A DNA stretch of 64,000 bases from a virus. Lineage: Duplodnaviria; Caudoviricetes. The first letter of the stretch is position 1; each line of letters begins with the position of its first letter. Location: positions 160,001 through 224,000 of IMG/VR virus record IMGVR_UViG_3300037067_027643. One strand, 5' to 3'. Both the position numbers and the translations under genes were made by a program. The notes under the pieces were generated by a model, which was not told the origin of the DNA, searched no databases, and was given only the letters and a program-made list of their open reading frames with translations. Positions 1-11,349 of the stretch are shown here, one piece after another.

Positions 1-1481
1 TAGAAACTTATAGTGATTTAAATTTAGATCCAACCAGTCCTAATTATATCTGTAGAGTAATAGGTGATAAATATCCTACTTTTACAGTTGATACTGAAGG
101 AATGAGTAGAATTATAATGACAGGAGATTATGATAATAAATCTAAATATATTAGAATAGTAATAGATGATAATGTAAAATATCAAGCTTACGATGCTTCA
201 TTAGTTCCTTGGGGATTTAAAGCTTATTATACTCCATTTAATGCAACTGCGTTAGGTAGCAATACCGTTCCTCCAGTAACTTATACAACAGATCAAACTT
301 ATAATTCTGAATACAATAGTAGAGTATACTATGGATTTAATTTTGATTTTGTAAACACTGATAACGATTATTATTTAAATCCAATTCCAAGTGGTTCTAC
401 TGTAGGTGCTAATATTGATTTCAACTTAGATAATATGACTGGTAATGTCGATAGTGGTTTTACTGGTTCATTATCAAGTGCTAGTTCGTTATTAACTCAA
501 AGAAAATTTGCTGTAGCATTCCAAGGTGGATTTGATGGTATTAGTCCTTCTAAACCAAAAGCAACTGCTGGAGATATTACTGCGACTAATACAATGGGAT
601 ATGATTGTTCTACTGCTACAAGTGCTGGAACAAAAGCTTATAGTTATGCTTTAGGATTATTAAGTAATCAAGATGAATATGATGTTAATATGTTACTAAC
701 ACCTGGTATTATAAAACAATTACATCCATCAGTTGTAAGTAAAGGTATCGACATGGTAGAAACAAGAAGTGATGTATTTTATATATTTGACTTAGTAAAA
801 TTAACAGAAACTAATCTTGGAACAATTGTAAATGAAGTATTAGGTTTGGATTCAAGTTATGCAGCAACTTACCATTGTTGGTTAAAAGTATTAAATAGTG
901 ATAGTAATCAACAATTTTGGGTACCACCATCAGTATTGTTAGCAGGTGTAATTGCTTATAATGATAAAGTAGCTTACGAATGGTATGCTCCGGCTGGATT
1001 AAATAGAGGAGGTATTACTGCTGCTGTTGATATTTATACTAAACTTTATCAAAGTGATAGAGATACATTGTATGACAACAGAATTAATCCAATCGCTTCA
1101 TTTCCTAATACTGGTATAGCTGTTTGGGGACAAAAAACATTACAAGTAAAAGCAAGTGCTTTAGATAGAATAAATGTAAGACGTTTATTAATAAAAGCTA
1201 AAAAATATATTGCTTCTATATCTAAGTATATTGTATTTGAACCATCTGTTAATGCTACATGGAAACAATTTTCTAATAATGTTAATCCATACTTGGAAGG
1301 AATACAATCAAAATATGGTTTATATACATTCAAAGTACAAATGGATGCAAATAACAATACTGGAGATGTAATTGATAGAAATGAAATACTCGGGCAGCTA
1401 TGGTTACAGCCCACAAAATCCGGCGAAAAAATTATTTTGGAATTTAATGTAACAAATACTTCTGCAATTTTTAACGGTTGA
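1..1481 (+). CDS. Contractile tail sheath protein (T4 gp18-like), 5'-truncated by window edge
   Basis: Frame is open from position 3 (ETYSDLNLDPTSPNYICRVIGD...). Sheath C-terminal motifs WYAPAGLNRG, RDTLYDNRINPI, WGQKTLQ, LDRINVRRL, FEP. Confidence 0.95.
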   Translation, partial: ETYSDLNLDPTSPNYICRVIGDKYPTFTVDTEGMSRIIMTGDYDNKSKYIRIVIDDNVKYQAYDASLVPWGFKAYYTPFNATALGSNTVPPVTYTTDQTYNSEYNSRVYYGFNFDFVNTDNDYYLNPIPSGSTVGANIDFNLDNMTGNVDSGFTGSLSSASSLLTQRKFAVAFQGGFDGISPSKPKATAGDITATNTMGYDCSTATSAGTKAYSYALGLLSNQDEYDVNMLLTPGIIKQLHPSVVSKGIDMVETRSDVFYIFDLVKLTETNLGTIVNEVLGLDSSYAATYHCWLKVLNSDSNQQFWVPPSVLLAGVIAYNDKVAYEWYAPAGLNRGGITAAVDIYTKLYQSDRDTLYDNRINPIASFPNTGIAVWGQKTLQVKASALDRINVRRLLIKAKKYIASISKYIVFEPSVNATWKQFSNNVNPYLEGIQSKYGLYTFKVQMDANNNTGDVIDRNEILGQLWLQPTKSGEKIILEFNVTNTSAIFNG

Positions 1482-1509
1482 TAATCAATTAGTTACATAT
1501 TGACCTTAG

Positions 1510-1547
1510 AAAAGGATATAATTAAGTTTATATCCTTTTTTATTTTT
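1510..1547 (+). terminator. Intrinsic terminator after sheath gene
   Basis: 12-bp stem AAAAGGATATAA/TTATATCCTTTT followed by a T-rich tract. Confidence 0.8.
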
Positions 1548-1557
1548 ACTATTTATA
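1548..1557 (+). promoter_or_regulatory. ACTATTTATA motif (putative late promoter)
   Basis: One of 8 intergenic, sense-oriented copies. Upstream of ORF 1584. Confidence 0.65.
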
Positions 1558-1583
1558 TATAATAAACAAATAACAATTATATC

Positions 1584-2069
1584 ATGTCAGTTAATGAAAC
1601 TATATCAATATTTACAAATATATTCAAAACAGAAAAATTTACATTATTACCAAAAATAAGTCCAAAACAAGGAAGACCACCATCTAAAAATAGAAAAAAG
1701 AGAAGTCCTAAAACTGGATATTATTTTAGCAAGATATTAAATGAATGGATTTGGTGTGATAGCAGTTGGGAAACAGCATGGATTATTTTCCAAGAGGATC
1801 ACAATATTCCATTTCAAAGAAACTATGATAAATTTCCTTATCAATATAAAAACAGAACACATCACTATATTCCTGATTTTAAGTTACCTACGGGTGTATA
1901 TATAGAAATTAAAGGAAGAGAATATGAACAAACTCCATATAAATATACAGCAATACCTCAAGAAAAACTTACCATTATTCGCAAAAAAGAAATGAAGCCA
2001 TATTTAGATTATGTAATTAACAAATATGGAACCGAATATTGGAAATGTTTAAAAGACAAAATAGAATAA
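1584..2069 (+). CDS. PD-(D/E)xK endonuclease (TnsA/endonuclease I-like, possibly homing)
   Basis: DSSWE...YIPDF...YIEIKG motif with a basic N-terminal region. Confidence 0.75.
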   Translation: MSVNETISIFTNIFKTEKFTLLPKISPKQGRPPSKNRKKRSPKTGYYFSKILNEWIWCDSSWETAWIIFQEDHNIPFQRNYDKFPYQYKNRTHHYIPDFKLPTGVYIEIKGREYEQTPYKYTAIPQEKLTIIRKKEMKPYLDYVINKYGTEYWKCLKDKIE

Positions 2070-2086
2070 AAATTTGTTAAAATAAA

Positions 2087-2118
2087 TTTGGTAGTCTAAA
2101 ATTTTTTACTTATTTTTG
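2087..2118 (+). promoter_or_regulatory. Bacteroidota-type primary sigma promoter (early)
   Basis: TTTG(2087-2090)-N20-TATTTTTG(2111-2118). Confidence 0.8.
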
Positions 2119-2134
2119 TAAAAAATTAAAATAC

Positions 2135-2632
2135 ATGACTACTAAAAATGTTATCATAAAAACATGCAAACTTCACGGTATTACTGAACATTATCATCAT
2201 AAAACATCAGTTGTATATAAAAATAGTACATTTAAATATCGAGATGACTGTATTAAGTGTAAAAAGAAAAAGAGTAAATATTGGAGAGAGTTAAAAAAGC
2301 TAACATCCGATCCTAATATTCCACATGATAAAAATTATCATATAAAAGTACATAGTCTTAAACAAAGAATTAAATACTACACTGATATAAATGAAAATAA
2401 AAGAGTAAGATCAAAAGCTATCGAATATAATAAATCTCATCCAAAAGACAAAACTTATAATAAAAATAAATATCAAATACAAAAAGAACGTTATCATAAA
2501 GATCCAAAAATTAGAAAACGTAGAACGGAAATAAATATAAATTGGCAAAAGAAAAATTGGGATAAAATTCAAGAATATCATAAAGAATATTATAAAAACA
2601 ATCCAGATAAATATCACAAATCAAAGAAATAA
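2135..2632 (+). CDS. Basic Cys/His-containing protein resembling the N-terminal region of homing endonucleases
   Basis: CKLHG...CIKC and Lys/Arg/Tyr-rich repeats. No nuclease motif visible. Confidence 0.45.
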   Translation: MTTKNVIIKTCKLHGITEHYHHKTSVVYKNSTFKYRDDCIKCKKKKSKYWRELKKLTSDPNIPHDKNYHIKVHSLKQRIKYYTDINENKRVRSKAIEYNKSHPKDKTYNKNKYQIQKERYHKDPKIRKRRTEININWQKKNWDKIQEYHKEYYKNNPDKYHKSKK

Positions 2633-2960
2633 TGAAACAACCAATCCACTTAATAGATGACTTCGGAACTGTTTACTCCATTGTTAAAGTTCGAAAAGAT
2701 AGATTAAATATATACCAACTTAATTCTATCTACATAGATAAAAGTAATTACAAAATAAAATTCAAACTTTCTGAATGTAATAAAAATTATATTAAACAAT
2801 GTGGAATTAAACTTAAAGAGTGCAATCGAGAAACAGTATTGGAATATATAAAAAGAACTTGGAATCAGGTAAACCCAACTTATCCGGATTGGAATGAAAA
2901 GATTGAGATACTTTATAAGCAATTAAATAACCCACAACAATAAATTAAAAATGAATTAAA

Positions 2961-3413
2961 ATGATAATAACCAAAGAAGATATATTAGAAGGTAATAAAC
3001 TATTAGCAGAATTCAAAGGATATAAATATTATCTTATAACAGAAGTAGAAGATACATATCATGCTGGATGGAAATTGACAAAGAATGCACATAGTTTGGA
3101 TAAATATGATACTACAGCTGGAAATGGACCATTTAAAAGATATTTAACTAGGAGCCACAATGGTTTACGATTCTATAATTCTTACGACTGGTTAATGCCT
3201 ATTTATTTAGAAATTAAAAATAATCATGAATATGGATGTCAATTATTTTGTATTTCAACTGATTATATAGAAGTAATAATAAATGATTTAAACTTAGGAA
3301 AATCAGTAATTACAAAATATTATTATAAAGATTTTTATTCAGAACTAACTGCATTGTGGTTTGCAATTGTAGAATTTATTAAGTGGTACAATAATTGGAA
3401 TAATTTAAGATAA
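2961..3413 (+). CDS. Hypothetical phage protein, paralog of 3421..3858
   Basis: Shared motifs N(K)xxAEF, S(Y/F)DWLMP, EFIKWYN. Confidence 0.7.
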   Translation: MIITKEDILEGNKLLAEFKGYKYYLITEVEDTYHAGWKLTKNAHSLDKYDTTAGNGPFKRYLTRSHNGLRFYNSYDWLMPIYLEIKNNHEYGCQLFCISTDYIEVIINDLNLGKSVITKYYYKDFYSELTALWFAIVEFIKWYNNWNNLR

Positions 3414-3420
3414 ATAAAAA

Positions 3421-3858
3421 ATGAAAACAATATTAACACAACAAGAAATAATAGAAAGTAATAAATCAATTGCTGAGTTTATAGATTTGACACCACATAA
3501 TATGTTTCCCGATGAATTACAAGCACCTGATAATTTTGCATGGATGGCGATAAATGTAAATATTAATGCCGATTATCAAAAAGAATATAATGAATTTAAA
3601 GGATTTGAATATTTATTTAAATTTCATTCATCGTTTGATTGGTTAATGCCTGTTGTAGAAAAAATTGAATCATTAGGATTTCAATTTGATATCATTGGAA
3701 GACTATTACCAAATAGTAAAGAAAAAATGCATTTTATTTGGTTGTGGGACGATAACCAAGAAATTCATATTGAATGTCCCGAAATGGAAACTAAAAAAGA
3801 AGCAATTTATATTGGTTGTATCGAATTTATCAAATGGTATAATAATAAAAATAAATAA
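3421..3858 (+). CDS. Hypothetical phage protein, paralog of 2961..3413
   Basis: FHSSFDWLMPVVEKIE and CIEFIKWYN motifs. Confidence 0.7.
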   Translation: MKTILTQQEIIESNKSIAEFIDLTPHNMFPDELQAPDNFAWMAINVNINADYQKEYNEFKGFEYLFKFHSSFDWLMPVVEKIESLGFQFDIIGRLLPNSKEKMHFIWLWDDNQEIHIECPEMETKKEAIYIGCIEFIKWYNNKNK

Positions 3859-4030
3859 TAACAATGGGAATACTTATAGAAAAAGCAGTTGAAGTAATTG
3901 AAACAATCAAAAATAAAGATTATAAAATAGATAATATAGAACAATTTTGTAAACAATATAAATTAACAAAACATGAATTTGATTTTCTATATAATTGTAG
4001 CAAACCAAATAATAAAGAAGAAAATAAATA

Positions 4031-4432
4031 ATGAATACACTTTTATGGTTAGATGATTATCGTAATCCATTTGAAAATGATTGGTTGAATTTTAGTCCTA
4101 TACCACAACCGTTCACTATAATTTGGGTAAAATCATATAAACAGTTTGTCGATTATATTTACGATAATGGATTACCAACAGCAATCTGTTTCGACCATGA
4201 TCTTGGATTAGAAGTAGCAATTAAGGCTAGAGAAAAAGGAATGAGTAAAAGAGCAAGTAGAAAATTAAAACAATTAGAAAAGACTGGATTCGATTGTGCT
4301 AAATTTTTAGTCGATTACTGTATTGATAATCAATTAGATTTACCTAAATGGAATATACAATCTGCTAATCCAGTTGGCAAAGAAAACATTAATAGTTTGC
4401 TACTAAATTATCAAAAATTCAAAAATAAATAA
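4031..4432 (+). CDS. Cyclic-phosphate processing receiver-like domain protein
   Basis: LWLDDYR, ICFDHDLG, TGFDCAKFL, IQSANPVG motifs typical of this phage receiver-like family. Confidence 0.75.
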   Translation: MNTLLWLDDYRNPFENDWLNFSPIPQPFTIIWVKSYKQFVDYIYDNGLPTAICFDHDLGLEVAIKAREKGMSKRASRKLKQLEKTGFDCAKFLVDYCIDNQLDLPKWNIQSANPVGKENINSLLLNYQKFKNK

Positions 4433-4439
4433 AAATAAA

Positions 4440-4471
4440 TTTGGTGGAGTGAAATATTTTTATTAATTTTG
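4440..4471 (+). promoter_or_regulatory. Bacteroidota-type early promoter
   Basis: TTTG-N20-TAATTTTG. Confidence 0.8.
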
Positions 4472-4769
4472 TATTCTTAATTCTAAATTTTAATTAAATC
4501 AAAATAAATTAAAAAGTAAAAATATGTCAAAGAAAAATAATTCTGAAAAAGTGATACGTTATCCAAATTATATATGTCTTTATTGTGGTAAAGACAAAGA
4601 AGAAAAATGGGATGATCATGAATCATATCATGAATGTGATTGTGATGATGCAAAAGAAGTTCGTAGAATTGATGAAGAAATTAGAAGACTAGAACAGCAA
4701 AAACCACAATATAAATATCGTTTAGATAAACAAATTGTTTTAAACAAAATAAACTAAAAAAGTAAAAAT

Positions 4770-6929
4770 ATGATTGAATTTAATAATCAAGTCCAAGCAC
4801 AATTCAATAAAATGTGTGCAACAGGAAAACTGTTTAGAAGTAGTTTAACAGGACATCAAATCTGGGATCTTTATATTAATAGTTTTACCAAAGAACAAAA
4901 CCCAATATTCAGGGATCCAAGTAGTTCAACACATAATTGTAATTTATGTAAAAATATCATTCGTAGATACGGGAATATTGTAGCAATAGACGAAAATTAT
5001 GACATAATGACAATGTTTGATGTAACTGTCGATAAAGATAGTGAATATATTAATGTTGTTAAGATATTGAGTAAAGCAATTAAAAACGCTCCTATTTCAG
5101 AAGTATTCTTTGAAACATTTGATGAACTTAATTCATTACCTTACGAAAGTTGTTCTAAAAATCAAGAACGTTTTAAATTAGGTATTGACAAAAATGTTAA
5201 AAGATATACCAAAGAAGAAGCTGAATTGTACGGTGTGGTTAAACCAAATGAAATTCGTACATTTAATCATTTTCATTTATATTTACCAAAACAGTTTGTT
5301 GATATGAGTGGAAAGTCTGTAGAATCCTTAATGGGAGAATATAGAGATGCTAAAAATGTTTTTGAACGTGCTATGTTAGAAATTCCGGAGGATACATTAA
5401 ATCTTGTAAGAGACTTAATTAATCAAGGAAGTTTATTAGATGGACAAACTCATTTATACAAAATAGAACAGTTTATTCCGTTAAAACATCAATATGATAG
5501 ATTATCGGGTTCTAAATATACTTCTAAAATACAATTAAATAACTGGTGTTGGGAAACTAGTTACAAACTTCCATTTGCTAAATTTAAAAATGAACTTATT
5601 GGAGTATTGTGTAGTGAATTAGCAGAAGGTGAAGAACTTAATAAAGCTTGTCAAGCTTGGAATAAACGTGTTGACCCTGTTAATTACATGAAAACTACTG
5701 CCCCTATTACCAAGAAACAAATAGAAGAAGCTAAACAATTTGTTGAAGAAAACGGTTATACAGAATCTTTTAATAGAAGATTTGCTACTATTGATGATAT
5801 TAAGGCTTCTGAAATTAAACATATTAACGTAGGTGATGGAAAATTAAAATCTGTTTCCATATTTGATAATGTTAAATCGACAAGTACAAGACACAAAAGA
5901 AGTGAATTTGATGGAGTAGAAGAAGTAAGTATCGATAAATTTATGAGTGATATTTTACCATCTTGTACTTCTGTAGAAGCATTTCTGACAAATAAACATG
6001 ATGGAAATATGGTTTCACTTACTACAGCAAATGATAAAGAAAGTAAACCTATTTTCAAATGGAATAATAATTACTCTTGGACATTTAATGGAAACCTAGC
6101 CGGAAAAAGTCAAATTAAAGATGCTGTTGAAACTAAAGGAGGTAAAGTAGATGGTGTATTAAGATTTTCTATTATGTGGGGAGAAAATGATCCTTCTGAT
6201 AATTCTGACTTAGATGCATGGGCAAAAGAACCAAATGGAACGCAAATTGGATTTAATTCTGGCTATAGAAAAGATAGAGATAATAGAAGAACTACTATGT
6301 CAGGACAATTAGATATTGATATTATGAATCCAAATTCATTTCATAATAAAAATATTGTAGAAAATATTGCTTGGTCTAATTTATCTAAAATGCAAAATGG
6401 AGTTTATAAATTTTGGGTAAATCAATTTAATAACAGAGGTTCAAAAGGTTTTAAAGCTGAAATTGAATTTAATGGAGAGATTTATTCTTACGAATACAAT
6501 AAACCAGTAGCAGGTAATATAATGGTAGCAGAAGTTACTCTAAATAATGGAGAATTTAGCATTAAACATTTATTACCAGAAACAGCAAGTTCTAAAGATA
6601 TTTACGGATTACAGACTAACGAATTCCACAAAGTCAATTTAGTTTGTTTAAGTCCTAATCATTGGGATACAAATAATGTTGGCAATAAACATTACTTCTT
6701 TATGTTAGATGGATGTAAGTGTTCTACATCTATTAGAAGTTTTCATAATGAAAACTTAATACAGGAATTATTAAATCATAAAAGAGTATTAGAAATATTA
6801 GGAGCAACTAATATGATTAATCCTACAGACAAACAACTAAGTGGATTAGGATTTAATGCTACAATAAAAGATGAATTAATAGTAAAATTAAGTGGAAGTC
6901 ATAAACGAGTAATAAAAATAAAATTTTAA
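4770..6929 (+). CDS. Large conserved phage protein with N-terminal CxxC and C-terminal YfaP/DUF2135-like domain
   Basis: HNCNLC, LRFSIMW..DLDAW..P, GQLDID..VENIAW..GVYKFWVNQF. Confidence 0.6.
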   Translation: MIEFNNQVQAQFNKMCATGKLFRSSLTGHQIWDLYINSFTKEQNPIFRDPSSSTHNCNLCKNIIRRYGNIVAIDENYDIMTMFDVTVDKDSEYINVVKILSKAIKNAPISEVFFETFDELNSLPYESCSKNQERFKLGIDKNVKRYTKEEAELYGVVKPNEIRTFNHFHLYLPKQFVDMSGKSVESLMGEYRDAKNVFERAMLEIPEDTLNLVRDLINQGSLLDGQTHLYKIEQFIPLKHQYDRLSGSKYTSKIQLNNWCWETSYKLPFAKFKNELIGVLCSELAEGEELNKACQAWNKRVDPVNYMKTTAPITKKQIEEAKQFVEENGYTESFNRRFATIDDIKASEIKHINVGDGKLKSVSIFDNVKSTSTRHKRSEFDGVEEVSIDKFMSDILPSCTSVEAFLTNKHDGNMVSLTTANDKESKPIFKWNNNYSWTFNGNLAGKSQIKDAVETKGGKVDGVLRFSIMWGENDPSDNSDLDAWAKEPNGTQIGFNSGYRKDRDNRRTTMSGQLDIDIMNPNSFHNKNIVENIAWSNLSKMQNGVYKFWVNQFNNRGSKGFKAEIEFNGEIYSYEYNKPVAGNIMVAEVTLNNGEFSIKHLLPETASSKDIYGLQTNEFHKVNLVCLSPNHWDTNNVGNKHYFFMLDGCKCSTSIRSFHNENLIQELLNHKRVLEILGATNMINPTDKQLSGLGFNATIKDELIVKLSGSHKRVIKIKF

Positions 6930-6967
6930 AATCAAAGTAAATTAATAACAATTAAAAAATTAAAAAC

Positions 6968-7339
6968 ATGTACAAACAAGCAAGTAAATTAAATTTAAGA
7001 TATCAAACAACAGTTGGAATGGTATCTACAGATCAATTATGGGATCTAAATCAAAATCAATTAGTAAATGCTATCAAAGCAGTTAAAAAAGTACTAAAGA
7101 AAGATAATGATGATGAATTATCTTTTCTTGAAGATAATAAAACAGTAGATGTAGAAAATCAACTCAGATTTGATATATTAAAAGATGTTTATTTAACTAA
7201 AAAGAAAGAAGTCGAAGAAATCAGAAACGCGGCTGATATTAAAGCACATAATCAAAAAATTGATACATTAATTGCAGAAAAACAAGAAGGTATAATGAAA
7301 GATATGTCAATTGAAGATTTAGAAAAACTGAGAAAATAA
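6968..7339 (+). CDS. Conserved phage hypothetical protein (partner of 4770..6929)
   Basis: ASKLNLRY..G.VSTDQLWDL N-terminus, coiled-coil C-terminus. Followed by a terminator. Confidence 0.65.
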   Translation: MYKQASKLNLRYQTTVGMVSTDQLWDLNQNQLVNAIKAVKKVLKKDNDDELSFLEDNKTVDVENQLRFDILKDVYLTKKKEVEEIRNAADIKAHNQKIDTLIAEKQEGIMKDMSIEDLEKLRK

Positions 7340-7350
7340 TAAAACTATTT

Positions 7351-7395
7351 TAAAAAGTAGAAGTATATCAATTTATATTTCTACTTTTTATTTTT
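7351..7395 (+). terminator. Intrinsic terminator
   Basis: AAAAAGTAGAAGTATA/TATATTTCTACTTTTT inverted repeat plus T tract. Confidence 0.75.
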
Positions 7396-8640
7396 AAGAT
7401 TAATTAAAAAATTATACTATGAAGAAATTTGATGTTTACCATATATTTCTACTTGATACATGGTTATTTAATATTGCTGTAGGAGACTATAACATTTTTA
7501 ACGAATGGATAAAAAAGAATAATTATAATATTGAATACTTTGATAGATTTGATTTAGTTGAAGAAGACTATGAACAAATAATGTATGACGGAGAATTATT
7601 AAATTTATATAAAATTATTTCGAATAATCCAGAATAATTTTGTATATTAAAAATTAAAACAAAATTTTATGAAAACAATTAAAGATTTTAAATATTGGTT
7701 GAAAGGTTATTTAGATGAAGCTAAGAAAAATAATTTTACTATGGATAAAATTATTGATGATATAGCTACTCAAGTAGAACAGTTAACAGATGAATTAAAT
7801 ATAAATAAAATAGAAAAAATTGTTAAAAAAGAAATAGATAAAATTCCATATAAACCATTTGAATTTGATAAAGACATTCCAAATCCATATAACAATATAG
7901 TTACGATGTATGGTTGTAATCCAAGTCCATTTAAATTTAATGATGGACATACATCTATAACCAGTACAAATTATAATTCAGATAATGATAAAAATAATAT
8001 TGAATAATTTATGGAAGAACAAGAAAATATGACTCATTTTAAATCAATTAGAGAAATAATTGAATATATTTTTACTTATCAAACTAAAAAATATTCTGTA
8101 GAAGATAAATATATTAATATGATTCCAACTAAAGAATTATTAGAATTGTTAGAAGCAACAGAAGATAATGGTTTAGATATTTTTGAAAAATAAATTAAAA
8201 ATTTAAAATAATGGAAACAAACAACAAAGAAATAATATTTAATATTCCAACCGGATATGAAATAGATAAAGAAAGAACAACAGATAAACAAGTTGTATAT
8301 AAATATAAACAACAAAATGTTGAACTAGAAATCACAGAATTTTTATTTGAATTGTTTAATGGACTAACAATCGATTTGAAATATAATACAGATTATATTA
8401 CTTACAAAAAAGATGGATATATTTACTTACAATATAATTTAAGAGATAAATGCTTATATTATAATTATATTAAAATTTATTCAGTTTTAGAAAAAACATA
8501 TCAAATTAAAGATATAGATATCAATAAATTAGTAGGTTGTATAGTGTTTAACATATTAAAATTGAAGGCTGACTTGATTAAATTTTGTTAAGCATTCTAA
8601 AAATAATAAAAACATTTATTGTTAACTAAATAAAATATTA

Positions 8641-9474
8641 ATGAAAATATTAAAACCTTTAATAAAACTGCTAAAATATTTCTTAAACCCTCTTTTAAAA
8701 CCAACAGAATTAATTGATAGATATCCAACTAATGTCACGTTAGACTATAGAATATCAATGGTTAAATATCACTGGGGAGAAATAGAACATTATATATTAT
8801 CTATTGCAAAAATAAAATGGAAACTATTTCTTAAATATGGATGGAAATACTTTGTATTAAAAACATCAAAAATAATAGTATTATTAACAATTGGTTTCTT
8901 CTTAGTATTCTTTATTTATAAAGCAGCTAAACCAAAAATTATAAATATCTATCATACTGATTCTTTCGAAAGTAAAATAGAAAAAGATAGTATTATAATA
9001 ATAAGGGATGTAGTTAACCCACAACTTAAAAAATATTTTGATTATATAGCAGCTACAGAAGTACCTATTAAAAATGGAGATACATTATCAAGTTATCAAG
9101 TAAGATGTTATGACAGTACATCAAGTGCTATTGGTAGATATCAAATGGTAAATGCTGCTAGAACTCAAATAGGATTAGGAGGTGTATCAGATCAGGTATT
9201 TTTAAACAATCCAGAATTGCAGGATGTAGCTATGTACTTATTAATTAAAGATAACTATCGAGCAATGAAACCATTTATAGATGAATATGATGGAAAGATT
9301 ATAAATGGATATTTTTTAACTGAACCTGGAATGTTATCATTAGCACATGCTTTAGGAGCTAGTGGAGCGATGACATGGATTAAAAATGGTTGTAAAGTAA
9401 ATCAACTTCCAAGTGGAGCACCTAACGCTGATAGAAGACTTACATTTCAAAAATATAAAATAAAATTTAAATAA
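8641..9474 (+). CDS. Membrane-anchored lysozyme-fold / lytic transglycosylase-like protein
   Basis: TM helix (IIVLLTIGFFLVFFIY), then IAATE...AIGRYQM...FLNNPELQD...LAHALGASG. Confidence 0.6.
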   Translation: MKILKPLIKLLKYFLNPLLKPTELIDRYPTNVTLDYRISMVKYHWGEIEHYILSIAKIKWKLFLKYGWKYFVLKTSKIIVLLTIGFFLVFFIYKAAKPKIINIYHTDSFESKIEKDSIIIIRDVVNPQLKKYFDYIAATEVPIKNGDTLSSYQVRCYDSTSSAIGRYQMVNAARTQIGLGGVSDQVFLNNPELQDVAMYLLIKDNYRAMKPFIDEYDGKIINGYFLTEPGMLSLAHALGASGAMTWIKNGCKVNQLPSGAPNADRRLTFQKYKIKFK

Positions 9475-9486
9475 ATAATAAAAATT

Positions 9487-10113
9487 ATGAAAATAATAAA
9501 ACCAAAATATATAATACTATCAACAATTAATGGTATAGATATTATAAAAAATATTGAACGAGCTGGAAGAACTTGTTATAAAAGTGAAGATAAAATAACA
9601 GATGATAGTGCAGCTAAATTTATAAGAATGCTATTAGAAAGAGGTCATGAATCTGTTCTTGAACATCAAACACTATCTATACTTTTCGTTAATGATAGAG
9701 GAGTTAGTCACGAAGAAGTTAGACATAGAATAGCTAGCTTCTCACAGGAGAGCACAAGATTCATCAATTACACTAAGGAAAATAAAGGTGGAGAATGTAC
9801 TTTTATTGATATTAAACCTCATTTAATTAATCCAGCTGTATCTTTTGATATTTGGTTTAATACTATGTTATATTGTGAAAATTCGTATAAATTAATGATA
9901 GATGCTGGAGAAAAACCAGAAATAGCTAGATCAGTTTTACCAAATTCTCTTAAGACGGAAATCGTAATATCAGCTAACATGAGAGAATGGAGAACAATAT
10001 TTAAACAACGTACATCTAGTAAAGCACATCCACAGATGAGAGAATTAATGTGTCCATTATTGGATGAACTTAAAACAAAAATACCAGTTATATTTGATGA
10101 CATAAATTATTAA
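9487..10113 (+). CDS. thyX: Flavin-dependent thymidylate synthase
   Basis: GHESVLEH, RGVSHEEVRHRIASFSQESTRF (ThyX RHRxxSxxQxSxR signature), ARSVLP. Confidence 0.95.
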   Translation: MKIIKPKYIILSTINGIDIIKNIERAGRTCYKSEDKITDDSAAKFIRMLLERGHESVLEHQTLSILFVNDRGVSHEEVRHRIASFSQESTRFINYTKENKGGECTFIDIKPHLINPAVSFDIWFNTMLYCENSYKLMIDAGEKPEIARSVLPNSLKTEIVISANMREWRTIFKQRTSSKAHPQMRELMCPLLDELKTKIPVIFDDINY

Positions 10114-10420
10114 AATCATGAAACCTTGTACAATTATTTTAGACAATGATATTCAAATATCAGCTAATATAGAAACTCCACTTCCAAAAATTAAGGAAGA
10201 TAATACTTGTGAATGTATGACATTGCATTGTGAAGATATAATAACATTTCAGACATTTATTGATTCTATTGTTAAAGATTTAAAAATAATTGTAAAATAC
10301 GATTGTGGTACATGTACAATTAGAAATTATGATTTATTAGATATATCTAAAAATTATAAAGATTTAAGTATTATGTTACGTTTTAAAGAGATGTTAACCA
10401 GTTTTGAATAGTAAGTACAC

Positions 10421-11335
10421 ATGATAGAAAATAATACAATAGCAGTTGTTATATCAACTCACAATAATATAAATTATCTAAAGTTATTATATAGTTCAAT
10501 TATTAATAATTTTACAATTGTTGATGATATAATTATATATGCAGAAAATTGTACAGATGGAACAAATGAATGGTTGAGTAATATTTTTGTAACAAAGGAT
10601 AAACCTAGTTTATATGTATATATTCAAAATGATGTGATTAATCCCGGAATTTCCAGTGGAATTAATAAAGCCATTAGTATGGTAGATACAGATTATTTCA
10701 TCTTACTTCATTCGGATATGTATGTAACAAAAGGATATGATATAGAACTGTATAATTACTTTACAAAAGAAGAATATCGAGATAAAAGATTAATTGTTTC
10801 AGGATGGAGAGCAGAACCAAATATATGGGGAAATAATAGTAATACTCCTGGATTAGTTACCGCCCCAATTTCTTATTTTGGAGAATATTATCATAATTTT
10901 AGACAAGAGTTATTTAATGAATGGGCAATAATATTTTCAAAACAAAATCGAGATAAAACAATTAGAAACATGATGGGTGCTGGAGGATACATGATGAAAA
11001 AATCTGATTGGGATTACTTAGGAGGAAATGATGAAATTTTCAACCCAGCTTGTTATGAGGACATTGATTTATGTTTAAGAGCTCAATTAAAAGATTTTGA
11101 ATTAATTACAACATGCAATACACTAATTTATCATTTCTCGGGACGGGGATCATGGTATCCTACTGATAACATTGGAAAGAAAAGTGAAAGACAACAAACA
11201 GCAGAACAAACTGGAATGATTAAATGGTTAAATAAATGGGGAGAACGTTTTGAAAGAGATGAAAGCGATTGTCCAATATTAACCAAAACAATGAAAAACT
11301 TTATTTTGAAAAATAGAAACAATTTTGTATATTAA
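10421..11335 (+). CDS. Glycosyltransferase family 2
   Basis: VVISTHNN, ENCTDGT, LLHSDM, GGNDE...YEDIDLCLR, IYHFSG. Confidence 0.85.
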   Translation: MIENNTIAVVISTHNNINYLKLLYSSIINNFTIVDDIIIYAENCTDGTNEWLSNIFVTKDKPSLYVYIQNDVINPGISSGINKAISMVDTDYFILLHSDMYVTKGYDIELYNYFTKEEYRDKRLIVSGWRAEPNIWGNNSNTPGLVTAPISYFGEYYHNFRQELFNEWAIIFSKQNRDKTIRNMMGAGGYMMKKSDWDYLGGNDEIFNPACYEDIDLCLRAQLKDFELITTCNTLIYHFSGRGSWYPTDNIGKKSERQQTAEQTGMIKWLNKWGERFERDESDCPILTKTMKNFILKNRNNFVY

Positions 11336-11349
11336 AAATAAAATATAAA

